A stretch of 57,639 nucleotides of DNA from an uncultured Anderseniella sp. (GTDB taxonomy: Bacteria > Pseudomonadota > Alphaproteobacteria > Rhizobiales > Aestuariivirgaceae): NCBI GenBank assembly GCA_938039915.1, contig CALHUA010000178.1:1-57639 (forward strand). The letters run 5' to 3'. This document shows positions 35,808 through 45,514 of the stretch, one piece after another. The position numbers were made by a program, and so were the translations under genes. The notes under the pieces are model-generated. The model was not told the origin of the DNA. It saw only the letters and a program-made list of their open reading frames with translations, and did no database searches. Position 1 is the stretch's first letter. Every line of letters starts with the position of its first letter.

Positions 35808-37505
35808 ATGAATCAGAAATTTGTTGATACCGATCTCTACGAGCTGGTGGTGAACAAGACCAATCTGACCAAAACCGGTGGCAGCGATTATCACAAGATC
35901 GCGATACCCGAGAATGCCAATATCGCCCAGGATACGATTGGCAAATACGCCACTGGCCCCAAGGCGCAATCCACTGCGCTGATCTATGAAGATGATGCAG
36001 GAAGCCTTACCTCCTACACATTCGCTGAACTGGATACATTGGCCTGCAAGTTTGCTGTTTCACTTGCCGGCCTGGGAATTGCGCGCGGTGAGCCTGTCGC
36101 GGTGCAAACCGGCCAGACACCGGAAACCGCCATTGCCCACATGGCAATTTATAAACTCGGCGCCGTGGTGCTGACCCTTTCGCATCTTTACGGCCATGAC
36201 ACCGTAGAACATATCCTCAACGACAGCCGAGCACGCATCCTGATCACCGACCGGACAACCTGGGACAGGCTGGCCACATCATGCGACCGCTTTGAAACGC
36301 TTGAACACATCATCATGCGAGGACCGGATATCCTGGATGGTGAGATTGCATTTGATGGCTGTCTTGACACCGATGCGTCCGGCTTTACACCCGTCGAAAC
36401 CCACGCGGACGAGCCGGCATTGCTGATGTACACCTCCGGTTCAACGGGCATGCCCAAGGGCATGCTGCACGCCCACCGAATCCTGCATGCCTATTTGCCG
36501 ACCGTCACGATGTTCTACAACCTGGAACTTGACCGCGATGACACGGTCTTCTGGAGTCCGGCGGACTGGGCCTGGGTCGGTGGTTTGCTGGATCTCGTAT
36601 TGCCGGCCTGGCAGCTCGGCCAGACCGTTGTTGCCACCCAGCAGCGTTTTGACAGCGAATGGGCTTTTGAATTCATGTCACGCCACCAGGTAACCCATTC
36701 CTTCATGACACCGACTGCCCTGAAGCGCCTTGCAGAAGTGGCAAGCCCGAGATCGCGCTGGGACCTGGATGTGCGGGTCATCTGCACAGGCGGCGAAAGC
36801 CTGCCCGGCGATGTTGTACGCTGGGCCGAAGAAGAGTTCGGCATCATCTGCAACGAGTTTTACGGGCTTACGGAGTTCAACCATCTGGTCGGCAATTGTG
36901 AAGCACTTTATCCGATCATCCCGGGCTCGATGGGCCGGGCCTATCCGGGCCGGCGGGTCGCCATCATCGATGATGAGGGTAATGAGCAGAAAGACGATAT
37001 CGTCGGCGAGATTGCCTCGTGGAAACCTGACGATCCAAGCCTTTTCCTCGGCTATTGGGGGCGACCGGGTGTGCCGGAGAAAATGCAACTCGGCGACTGG
37101 CTCAAAACCGGTGATCTCGCCAAGCGCGATGAGCAGGGCTACTTCTGGTATCAGGGCCGCAACGATGATCTCATCAAGAGCGCCGGCTACAGGATCGGGC
37201 CGGCCGAGGTCGAGGATTCGCTGGTCAAGCATGAACTGGTTGCGGAAGCCGCGGTGATCGGCAAACCGGATGCTGAGCGCAGTGCCATCGTCAAGGCATT
37301 CGTCCGGCTGATGCCTGGCACATCTGCCAGCGATGAACTGGCTCAACAATTGAAGAACCACGTCAAGACCAACCTGGCGGCCTACAAGTACCCCCGCGAA
37401 ATTGAGTTTGTTGACAGTTTTCCATTGACCAGCAGCGGCAAAATCCGTCGCGGTGAACTACGGCGCCTTGAAATCGAGAAAGTATCGAGAGGGTCAGCTG
37501 CATGA
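35808..37505 (+). CDS. Acyl-CoA synthetase (AMP-binding) 1
   Basis: YTSGSTGMPKG, EFYGLTE, TGDLA, GRNDD.IKSAGYRIGPAEVE and TSSGK. Confidence 0.92.
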   Translation: MNQKFVDTDLYELVVNKTNLTKTGGSDYHKIAIPENANIAQDTIGKYATGPKAQSTALIYEDDAGSLTSYTFAELDTLACKFAVSLAGLGIARGEPVAVQTGQTPETAIAHMAIYKLGAVVLTLSHLYGHDTVEHILNDSRARILITDRTTWDRLATSCDRFETLEHIIMRGPDILDGEIAFDGCLDTDASGFTPVETHADEPALLMYTSGSTGMPKGMLHAHRILHAYLPTVTMFYNLELDRDDTVFWSPADWAWVGGLLDLVLPAWQLGQTVVATQQRFDSEWAFEFMSRHQVTHSFMTPTALKRLAEVASPRSRWDLDVRVICTGGESLPGDVVRWAEEEFGIICNEFYGLTEFNHLVGNCEALYPIIPGSMGRAYPGRRVAIIDDEGNEQKDDIVGEIASWKPDDPSLFLGYWGRPGVPEKMQLGDWLKTGDLAKRDEQGYFWYQGRNDDLIKSAGYRIGPAEVEDSLVKHELVAEAAVIGKPDAERSAIVKAFVRLMPGTSASDELAQQLKNHVKTNLAAYKYPREIEFVDSFPLTSSGKIRRGELRRLEIEKVSRGSAA

Positions 37506-38713
37506 GTGCGGGTGAAGACATTGTGGTGCTTGGCGGCGGGTTGACCAGGTTTGCCCGCGAGCGCAGCGACGGCACGCCCATCGACTGGATGGTCGAGGCT
37601 GCCCTTGACGGCATCAGGGACGCCGGTGTTGATCCCGCTGAAATCGAACACTCGCTTGTTGCCTATGAAAGCGAGATTCTCGCCCGGCAATTGTCGATGG
37701 GTCAGGTCATCCAGGACGCGCTGGCGTTCTGCCCCAGACCAAGCATCCGCGTCGAAGCCGGCGGCGGTACCGGCGGCGCCGCCATCAGAACCGCCTATGC
37801 CTATGTCAAATCCGGCTTGTGCGACTCCATTCTGGTTGTTGGTTGCGACGCCGTCGGGCGCGGCGTTACGTCGGCAACGGTGCGCGAGGTCTATGCCTTG
37901 TCCGGCGACGTGGATTTTGAAATGGCGGCGGGCGGTTTCTTCATGGCCTACTACGCCTTGATGATGCAGGAGCATATCCGGCTTTACGGTACCACCGAGG
38001 AACAGATGGCCCATGTATCGGTCAAGAACCATCGCAATGCCCAGAGCAACCCGATGGCCTGCATGCCAATGGCCATTACCATAGACGATGTGCTCAACTC
38101 ACCGCCCGTCGTTGCCCCCTACAAGCGTCTGGACTGCGCCGTCCTGGCCGATGGCGCATCAAGCCTGGTCATCGCAACGGAAAGCTGGGCCAGGCAGCAT
38201 GCCTCCAGTTGGCGCGACCGGCCAAGGGTTTATCTCACTGGTGTTGGCTGCGGCACTGATAGGGTGCGCCTTGGCGACCGCCCTAAACCTTATCCGGGCC
38301 TGGCTCATTTTCGCGCCAAAAAAGAAGCTGCCCAGATGGCCTACCGGATGGCCGGCATCGAAAATCCGAGACAGGATCTGGATGTCGCAGAGGTTGCAGA
38401 CACCTATACCGGTGCTGAACTGCAGGCTTATGAAGACCTCGGGTTTTGCGACTATGGTCAAAGCGGTCCGCTGACTGAGCGCGGGGTCTTTGACCTTGGT
38501 GGCGAGTTGCCAACCAATACATCAGGCGGGTTGATCGGCCAGGGAGCACCACCCGGTGCCATGGGGCTTGCCCAGGCTGTTGAAGTTCTGAAGCAGCTTC
38601 GCGGCGAATGTCCGAAAGAACGCCAGGTTGAGGGTGCCCGGCGCGGCCTGACTGATATTCACGGCGGGACGGCAAGTTTTTCAGTCGTATCGATCCTGGA
38701 ACGCAGGGACTAG
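37502..38713 (+). CDS. SCP-x-type thiolase-fold protein lacking the catalytic Cys
   Basis: Thiolase fold motifs VKNHRNA..NP.A, DCAVLADGA and NTSGGLIG. The usual xxCxSG site reads VEAGGGTGG. Confidence 0.8.
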   Translation: MSAGEDIVVLGGGLTRFARERSDGTPIDWMVEAALDGIRDAGVDPAEIEHSLVAYESEILARQLSMGQVIQDALAFCPRPSIRVEAGGGTGGAAIRTAYAYVKSGLCDSILVVGCDAVGRGVTSATVREVYALSGDVDFEMAAGGFFMAYYALMMQEHIRLYGTTEEQMAHVSVKNHRNAQSNPMACMPMAITIDDVLNSPPVVAPYKRLDCAVLADGASSLVIATESWARQHASSWRDRPRVYLTGVGCGTDRVRLGDRPKPYPGLAHFRAKKEAAQMAYRMAGIENPRQDLDVAEVADTYTGAELQAYEDLGFCDYGQSGPLTERGVFDLGGELPTNTSGGLIGQGAPPGAMGLAQAVEVLKQLRGECPKERQVEGARRGLTDIHGGTASFSVVSILERRD

Positions 38714-38716
38714 GGC

Positions 38717-39241
38717 ATGACAGATCTGGTGAAGCACAAACTTGATGTAATCGAAAACGCCGATCCATTCGGCCGATCCGGCATCGACGATCCCTGGCAT
38801 GCGTTTCGCAATGTCGAGCGACTGGATATGGAATTGCACTTCCAGTTCAAGCACTCACTCGGCAAGGTGTCGCCATTCTTTCTGGCATTGGAAGAAAAAC
38901 GGCTTTTGGCGACCCGCTGCCCCGAGTGCGGCAAAGTGTGGATGCCGCCTCGGGTCCATTGCGGCGATGACCTTGCGATAACGGATTGGGTGGAGGTGGC
39001 CGGCACCGGCATACTGGAGGCGTCTTCGCTCAGTGCCTACACGCTGACCACCGGCGGTGGCAAAGACACTTTGATTCTGGGCTATGTGACGCTGGAGGGT
39101 ACCGATACGGCAATGCTGCAACAGATCCGCAATTGCCAAGACCCCGGGAAACTGGTTCCCGGTACCGTCATGACGGTCAAATGGGCGACAGAGCCAGTCG
39201 ATCACCCGATGCAACTGTTCTGGTTTGAACTGGCGGATTAG
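38717..39241 (+). CDS. DUF35 Zn-ribbon/OB-fold thiolase partner
   Basis: FF.AL.E..L...RCPECGKVWMPPRVHC...WVEV.G.G. Confidence 0.88.
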   Translation: MTDLVKHKLDVIENADPFGRSGIDDPWHAFRNVERLDMELHFQFKHSLGKVSPFFLALEEKRLLATRCPECGKVWMPPRVHCGDDLAITDWVEVAGTGILEASSLSAYTLTTGGGKDTLILGYVTLEGTDTAMLQQIRNCQDPGKLVPGTVMTVKWATEPVDHPMQLFWFELAD

Positions 39242-39246
39242 AGCAC

Positions 39247-40440
39247 ATGGTCAAGGGCCTGAATTTCGAATTGAGCAGCGAACAGGAGATAATCGTACAC
39301 ACGGTGCGGGCCTTCGTTGAAAGAGAGCTCTATCCGCACGAGGATGAGGTCGAGCGGCTGCGGTCGGTCCCTCGGGAAATCGCAGACGACATCAAGCAAA
39401 AGGCTATCGCCCAGGGTCTTTTCGCACCGAATTTTCCTGTTGATCTGGGCGGCGGTGGTCTCGATGCGGTGACCATGGTGCTTGTAGACCGCGAACTTGG
39501 CCGTGCCAATCTCGCGCTGCAATACTGCGTCGCGCGACCGAGCAACATCCTGCGGGCTGCAACAGGCACACAGATCGAGGAATATCTGCTGCCTACCGTG
39601 CGTGGTGAGCGCCTTGATTGCGTCGCCATGACCGAACCTGAAGCCGGTTCAGACCTGCGGTCCATGCGCACCAGGGCCGTGCGGGACGGAGATGACTTTG
39701 TCATTAACGGCACCAAACATTTCATCAGCAAAGCCGACATTGCCGACTTCATTGTCCTGTTTGCGGCAACCGATACGGTCGATACGCCCCGCGGCAGGCG
39801 CAACCGGGTGTCGGGCTTCTTCATCGACAAGAACACACCCGGCGTTAATGTCCGCGACGGCTATCACTGCCTGTCTCACCACGGTTACAACAATTGCATC
39901 ATAGACCTGGACAACTGCCGGGTGCCGGCGCGAAACCTGCTTGGCGAAGAGCACTGCGGGTTTGAACTGGCCAACACATGGCTTGGGGCAACCCGTCTGC
40001 AGGTCGCAGCCATGTGCCTTGGCCGGGGTCACAGGGCGCTTGAGTTGTCGAGCGCCTGGGCAAAGTCACGTGTCCAGTTCGGCAAACCGATTGCGGCCAA
40101 TCAGGGGATCAGTTTCAAGCTGGCTGACATGGCAACTCAACTGGCTGCCGGAGAATTGCTGACCTTGCAGTCCGCTTTCAAGGTCGACAACAACACGGCC
40201 ACGCCGGCAGATCCGGCCATGGCCAAGCTGTTTGTGACCGAGATGCTGGCACAACTGGCAGATGATGCCGTCCAGATACACGGCGGCATGGGGGTCATGG
40301 AGGAATTGCCGATTGCCCGTATCTGGCGTGATGCGCGGGTTGAGCGCATCTGGGACGGTACCAGCGAAATCCAGCGCCACATTATAGCGCGTGATCTGTT
40401 GAAGGCATACGATGGCCCCGCGTCGGCAGCAGGCACATGA
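39247..40440 (+). CDS. Acyl-CoA dehydrogenase
   Basis: AMTEPEAGSD, INGTKHFIS, RVQFGKPI..NQ, AVQIHGGMG and RIWDGTSEIQR. Confidence 0.94.
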   Translation: MVKGLNFELSSEQEIIVHTVRAFVERELYPHEDEVERLRSVPREIADDIKQKAIAQGLFAPNFPVDLGGGGLDAVTMVLVDRELGRANLALQYCVARPSNILRAATGTQIEEYLLPTVRGERLDCVAMTEPEAGSDLRSMRTRAVRDGDDFVINGTKHFISKADIADFIVLFAATDTVDTPRGRRNRVSGFFIDKNTPGVNVRDGYHCLSHHGYNNCIIDLDNCRVPARNLLGEEHCGFELANTWLGATRLQVAAMCLGRGHRALELSSAWAKSRVQFGKPIAANQGISFKLADMATQLAAGELLTLQSAFKVDNNTATPADPAMAKLFVTEMLAQLADDAVQIHGGMGVMEELPIARIWRDARVERIWDGTSEIQRHIIARDLLKAYDGPASAAGT

Positions 40441-42107
40441 CCTGGTCCATCAAACCGGATCAGCTGGATAATACAGCATTTCGCCCAACGCCGGATGGAC
40501 GCGGCTTCACGCTTGAAATTCCGGCCAACGCCAACATCGCCGCGGACATGGTTACCCGTCATGCGGCAGGTGCCAAGGCCAACAAGACCGCCGTCATTTT
40601 TGAAACTGCCGATGGCACTCTTGAGCGGTACAGCTTTACCGACCTTGAAAATCAGGCAACCTGCGTTGCCGCCGCGCTGCAGCGCCTGGGTATCCGACGA
40701 GGTGACAGGGTAGCGATCCACAGCGCACAGCGCCCTGAAATTATTGTTGCTCACCTGGCCACCTACAAGCTTGGTGCAATTGCAACCACCATCTCCCAGT
40801 TGACCGGCCCGGATGCCATGGCACACATTTTGAGCGACAGCGGCGCTCGTGTGATCTTTACCCATGATCTGATCTGGGAGCCATTCAGAACTGAACGTGA
40901 CGGCTACCAACAGCTGGAACAGGTGATTACGATCGGGCAGTCCGGTGATGGCGAACTGGCATTCATGGATTGTGCAACGGCTGATCCGGCCGACTTCAAG
41001 TCAGCCGCGACGGGGCCTGAGGATCCGGCTTTACTGATTTACACCTCTGGGTCGACGGGAATGCCGAAGGGTATCCTGCATGGCCATCGTATCCTGCACG
41101 CGCTCAATGCGTCGCTGGAGCTTTTCTACAACCTGGAACTTCGCGAGGACGATCTGGTGTTCTGGACCGGCGCCGACTGGGCCTGGGTTGGCGGTCTCAA
41201 TGACGTGGTGTTTCCGTCATTGGCGTTCGGTCACACCCTGATTGTCTGCGACCATCGTTTCGATGCCGACTGGTCACTGCAGTTCATGGCCCGGCACAAG
41301 GTCACCCATATTCTGCTAACGCCGACCGCACTCAAACGTGTTGCCCTGGTTGAAAACGCCCGTGAACGCTACGGACTTTCATTGCGCACCATTTTCACCG
41401 GCGGCGAGTCCCTGCCTGGCGAGACCCACCGCGCGTTGGCAAGGGAGCTGGGCGCGGTCTGCAACGAGGGTTACGGCATGACCGAAGTCAATCAGATGAT
41501 CGGAAATTGCCAGAAGCTGCGCCCCATCAAACCGGGATCGATGGGCTGGGAGTTTCCCGGCCGGTGCGTTGCCCTGCTGGATGACAACGGGCAGGAGGTG
41601 GGGCCGGATGAAATCGGTGAAATTGCCGTTTCCGTGACGGACCCCACATTATTCCTTGAATACTGGCGGCAACCCGAGCGGACCCAGGCGGTCCGATTGA
41701 ACGACGACTGGATCAGAACCAATGACCTCGCCCGTAAGGATGAGGACGGTTACTTCTGGTATCAGGGCCGCAATGACGACCTGATCAAGAGTGCCGGTTA
41801 TCGTATCGGCCCGGCGGAAGTTGAAGACTGCCTGGCCCGGCATCCATCGATCGCCGAAGCGGCAGTGATCGGCAGCCCTGATGCCGACCGCGGCGCCATC
41901 GTGAAAGCCTTTGTGCGCCTGGTGGCGGGTGTCGAAGGTTCACCGGCGTTGACCAAGGAACTGCAGGCACATGTCAAAAGCCGCCTTGCGGCCTACAAAT
42001 ACCCCAGAGAAATTGAGTATGTCGCCGATATGGAAACGACCACCAGCGGCAAGCTCAATCGAAAACTGCTTCGTGAGCTTGAGAAAAACCGCAAGGGTAA
42101 GGTCTAG
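40437..42107 (+). CDS. Acyl-CoA synthetase (AMP-binding) 2, paralogue of 35808-37505
   Basis: YTSGSTGMPKG, EGYGMTE and YFWYQGRNDDLIKSAGYRIGPAEVED. Confidence 0.92.
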   Translation: MTWSIKPDQLDNTAFRPTPDGRGFTLEIPANANIAADMVTRHAAGAKANKTAVIFETADGTLERYSFTDLENQATCVAAALQRLGIRRGDRVAIHSAQRPEIIVAHLATYKLGAIATTISQLTGPDAMAHILSDSGARVIFTHDLIWEPFRTERDGYQQLEQVITIGQSGDGELAFMDCATADPADFKSAATGPEDPALLIYTSGSTGMPKGILHGHRILHALNASLELFYNLELREDDLVFWTGADWAWVGGLNDVVFPSLAFGHTLIVCDHRFDADWSLQFMARHKVTHILLTPTALKRVALVENARERYGLSLRTIFTGGESLPGETHRALARELGAVCNEGYGMTEVNQMIGNCQKLRPIKPGSMGWEFPGRCVALLDDNGQEVGPDEIGEIAVSVTDPTLFLEYWRQPERTQAVRLNDDWIRTNDLARKDEDGYFWYQGRNDDLIKSAGYRIGPAEVEDCLARHPSIAEAAVIGSPDADRGAIVKAFVRLVAGVEGSPALTKELQAHVKSRLAAYKYPREIEYVADMETTTSGKLNRKLLRELEKNRKGKV

Positions 42108-42143
42108 AAGCGCTTCTGTGTTATTGAGACAAAGACGATAGGA

Positions 42144-43838
42144 TCAAGTGACTTCAGCCGAAGAGGATGAACCGGGTATCAGCCATCCCTTGTAATGAGC
42201 AAACAAGCCCAACACGGGAAGCGTGAGTTCAACGTCGAAACAGAAACGTCCCTGCTCATCTTCATATTCACGGGTGCGCGACCGGGGCGCCAGGGAGCGA
42301 GGCAGTGGCAGCATACCCAGTTTCCACCCGGTGACCGGCATCACCAGGCTTTCGCCATCAGCCGCAAGACCAAGCCGGAACGAGATCGGACCGAAGGTTT
42401 CCCAGAACGTTCCGTCCTCATGGTGACGCAATACGGAAGAGAAACGCTGGCCGGAAAAATTCCTGATCCAGGTTTCACTGTTGTTGCCGTCCTCACTCAC
42501 TCCGCGGTTCACAGTAACGGTGACCGGAATTTCGCTGCCACTGGCAGGAAATCCGAACAGTTTTGCCACGAGTCGCGGCAGGAACCAGTTGGCCGCGGTT
42601 ACCTCCGAGCGGCCCGACCATACCGGCACACCGGTGTGACCGTGCAGGGATCGCAACGCCACCGGCATCATGCCATATGTTTCACACCCCAGGTTCTCCT
42701 CGAAAATACCTTTGCCAGTTGAAACGTGTTCGGTATCGGCTTCAATTGAATAAGGTGCCATCTCGGCTTCGATATCCGCCAGCGACAAGACCCGCTCTGC
42801 AAGCCGTGCGCCCGGTTCAGCGCGTCCGCGCAGGAGAGCCTTGACCGCAGCAGCTGCCGGAAGAACCGGCACGTTCGGACCATGACCCTGCTTGGCGACC
42901 AGGGAATAAACAGCCTTTGCAAGCTTGCCCTGCACATCCAGCCCCGTGACTGTCACGTTCATGCCGCCACGATTGGATGTGATCAGGCGGGTCAGGTTTC
43001 GCGCGCCCAGCAGAAGTGGTATGAGGCGCGCCGGACGCCGCAGCAGACCCCACCTGGCCAGCCGGGCGATGAGCTGCATTCCCCATTGTTCAAGCCGTGA
43101 CTCCAGACCGGCGGCGAACCGGACATGCGAGGTAACCTTGTGGCGCGGGCCGAGCAACTCGGCATCGATTGTTTCGACCGGCGCGACACGACGCTTGCCG
43201 AGGACCGGCATGGTGACAGTGCGCGAACCCAGCCAGCCGTGGGCCTGTGCCAACCGGCCTTCCCGCCAGACCGGGATTTCGCGGCCGGCATAACTCATGA
43301 TGGCGGAGATCACTGCCCTGCCCACTTCGCTTTTGCCACCCGGTGTTATGCAGATATCGATGCCGTCGATCCGTTGCCAGTCCCTGCACAAGGCGCGCGC
43401 AGCCGACGCAGACAGCGCCGGGGTAGAGCTTGCGCCGGCAAGTCCAACCGCGGCGTGGCGTTTTGCAGTCTCATCAAGAGCGTCGGCATAGTCTTTCAGA
43501 TAATCACGCGCATCTGCCAGATCGATGATGTGGGCACCGGCCTGCAGCACAGTCCTGGCAACCGAATAGTCAACGCTCTGAAACGGGCCCGAGCAGTCAA
43601 CGACGATGAACGGCTTTACTTCGTCCAGCCGGGATTTGAGATTATGCCGGTGATCCAACTGGATTGCCGAGACGAAGGCAAACGGGTAGGCCTGCACAAG
43701 CCTGGCCGCCAGTTGTTTGGCTTTCAGCTCATTCCTCGACGTGACGATGAGGTCGATACCACTCACGGGGCACAGATGCTGCGCCAGGCGCTCGCCGAAA
43801 ACGCCGGTTCCCCCGATAAGCAAGACGCGCCGGTTCAT
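42144..43838 (-). CDS. Saccharopine dehydrogenase-like Rossmann oxidoreductase fused to a DUF4166-like domain
   Basis: IGGTGVFG, VVDCSGPFQ, IDLAD, GASSTPALS and C-terminal ETWIRNF...LPLP..LAP...F.FDV..Y.GWL. Confidence 0.85.
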   Translation of the reverse strand: MNRRVLLIGGTGVFGERLAQHLCPVSGIDLIVTSRNELKAKQLAARLVQAYPFAFVSAIQLDHRHNLKSRLDEVKPFIVVDCSGPFQSVDYSVARTVLQAGAHIIDLADARDYLKDYADALDETAKRHAAVGLAGASSTPALSASAARALCRDWQRIDGIDICITPGGKSEVGRAVISAIMSYAGREIPVWREGRLAQAHGWLGSRTVTMPVLGKRRVAPVETIDAELLGPRHKVTSHVRFAAGLESRLEQWGMQLIARLARWGLLRRPARLIPLLLGARNLTRLITSNRGGMNVTVTGLDVQGKLAKAVYSLVAKQGHGPNVPVLPAAAAVKALLRGRAEPGARLAERVLSLADIEAEMAPYSIEADTEHVSTGKGIFEENLGCETYGMMPVALRSLHGHTGVPVWSGRSEVTAANWFLPRLVAKLFGFPASGSEIPVTVTVNRGVSEDGNNSETWIRNFSGQRFSSVLRHHEDGTFWETFGPISFRLGLAADGESLVMPVTGWKLGMLPLPRSLAPRSRTREYEDEQGRFCFDVELTLPVLGLFAHYKGWLIPGSSSSAEVT

Positions 43839-43846
43839 GACAAGTC

Positions 43847-44275
43847 CTAGAGTACGAAACGGTGCCGGAGGCCGGCATCAGGCACCAGACATTCAGACTT
43901 GCGGCCAAACAGCCGATAACGATTGCGGGCAATCCGGTCATAGGCGAAATCCCGCAGGAATTTCGGCACGAAGCGCAGCAACGGAATCAGGCCGGCCGGA
44001 CCATCGAGATGGCGCGCAAGTGCGATTACTCCATCTGACCTGGGCAAGGCTTTGCCGTTCTCAATGAACAGAAAACTCTGCGGATCATCCGGATCGAGTC
44101 CATGATGTAGTGCCAACTGCCGTCCTTCCACTGACTGGATCGAAACGAACCGGATGAGCGGCTGTTTTTCGTGTTTCAGCGTGTATTGGACAGCACCGTT
44201 GCACAGCACGCAGACCCCGTCAAAAAGCCAAACCGGAGGAATTTCATTGTTTTTTGTTTCTGTATTTTCTGTCAT
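43847..44275 (-). CDS. DCC1-like (DUF393) thiol-disulfide oxidoreductase
   Basis: FDGVCVLCNG and LRDFAYDRIARNRYRLFG...C. Confidence 0.9.
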   Translation of the reverse strand: MTENTETKNNEIPPVWLFDGVCVLCNGAVQYTLKHEKQPLIRFVSIQSVEGRQLALHHGLDPDDPQSFLFIENGKALPRSDGVIALARHLDGPAGLIPLLRFVPKFLRDFAYDRIARNRYRLFGRKSECLVPDAGLRHRFVL

Positions 44276-44377
44276 AACAGAAATATAATGAAATCGGGAC
44301 CGTTTACAAGCGGCTCAGGTCAACTTCATCGCACAGCAGAATTTTCCGATGGCCTCTCGCATAAATCGTACGAGACA

Positions 44378-45514
44378 TCAGCGATCCAGGATTGACCTGA
44401 TTTCAACCAGGTTTGCCCGCACCCGCAGGATATAGAATCCGATGGTCGTGAGGTGGGTGGGCATGATGAAACCGTCTTCCTTGCCGTTTGAAACCACCAG
44501 CGGATCCAGCTCGATGGCGCTGCGCAGCTGTTCGTCCATGCGCTTCCAGATATCATCGAGGCGACGTGACTTTACCACACCGGCGAAGTCTGCCCGGGTT
44601 GCCCGCAGGATACCGTAATAGGCATAGAGCTGGCCTTTCGAATACCAGAAAATGTCATCGGCACGAGTGTCGAACCAGCCGGAATTGTACTGTTCGGAGC
44701 GGTCCTTGATCGAGGCTGACGTGGAGCCGATATCCTTGGCTATGCGGTCGAGAAACTGGATCAGGTTGTCAGCTCTTGCGTCATAGGTGGCGCTGCAATT
44801 GGCGAGGCGCTCATTGTATCGCTGCAGTGACTTCTGCGCGTTGCGGTAGTAGGTCGGCGTCCGTGTGGTGGGACCAAACGGCTGGGTGTCGAACACATTG
44901 AAATACCAGGTAAACTGATCGAACTGAATGTTGCCCTTGGCGATCTGGAGGTCCTTGTCGATTTCCGAAGTGCCCCTCGTTCGCCCCAGCGAATCCGCAA
45001 GTTCAATTGCAGTACGGCTTGCCGCCTGGTGAACGCCACGCTGGAAAGCTGCCTTGTTATCGAAAAACCACGTCTGGTCCCAGGTCAGAGCCCAGAAAAT
45101 ACCGGCCTTGAACAGCGGATGACTGGAAATCCAGTCATTGCGATTGACATTGAAATCAATCAGGTCGGACGTCACCGTGACGACATTGGACCGGCCGCAG
45201 GTCTTGGTGCTGCTCTGGCCGCCCTCCACAGCAACCTGTTCATCGGCAATACCCGTCAGATCGGTTATTCTGAGGTTGTCGGCGTAATCAAGGTTGTAGT
45301 CGCGAATCCACAATGTCTGCCAGGCAAAGTGCAGATATCCGAAAGCGAACGGCAAGATCGCCAGCAGGAAGACACCGCGAATGATCCATCCCGATCTTTG
45401 AAAAAACCTGTAGAGCGCCCTGAACGGGGCCGTAATCGTGCGGCCCAGCGCTGCGAGCCAGGCCTTGAACATGCCGAACATGCGGGACATCCACTCCAGG
45501 ATTGGATCAAGCAT
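44378..45514 (-). CDS. DUF2333-family membrane-anchored protein
   Basis: N-terminal TM, DNKAAFQRG, GRTRGTS.ID.DL, ARADNL, ADD.FW..KG.LYAY and PLVVSNG. Confidence 0.75.
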   Translation of the reverse strand: MLDPILEWMSRMFGMFKAWLAALGRTITAPFRALYRFFQRSGWIIRGVFLLAILPFAFGYLHFAWQTLWIRDYNLDYADNLRITDLTGIADEQVAVEGGQSSTKTCGRSNVVTVTSDLIDFNVNRNDWISSHPLFKAGIFWALTWDQTWFFDNKAAFQRGVHQAASRTAIELADSLGRTRGTSEIDKDLQIAKGNIQFDQFTWYFNVFDTQPFGPTTRTPTYYRNAQKSLQRYNERLANCSATYDARADNLIQFLDRIAKDIGSTSASIKDRSEQYNSGWFDTRADDIFWYSKGQLYAYYGILRATRADFAGVVKSRRLDDIWKRMDEQLRSAIELDPLVVSNGKEDGFIMPTHLTTIGFYILRVRANLVEIRSILDR

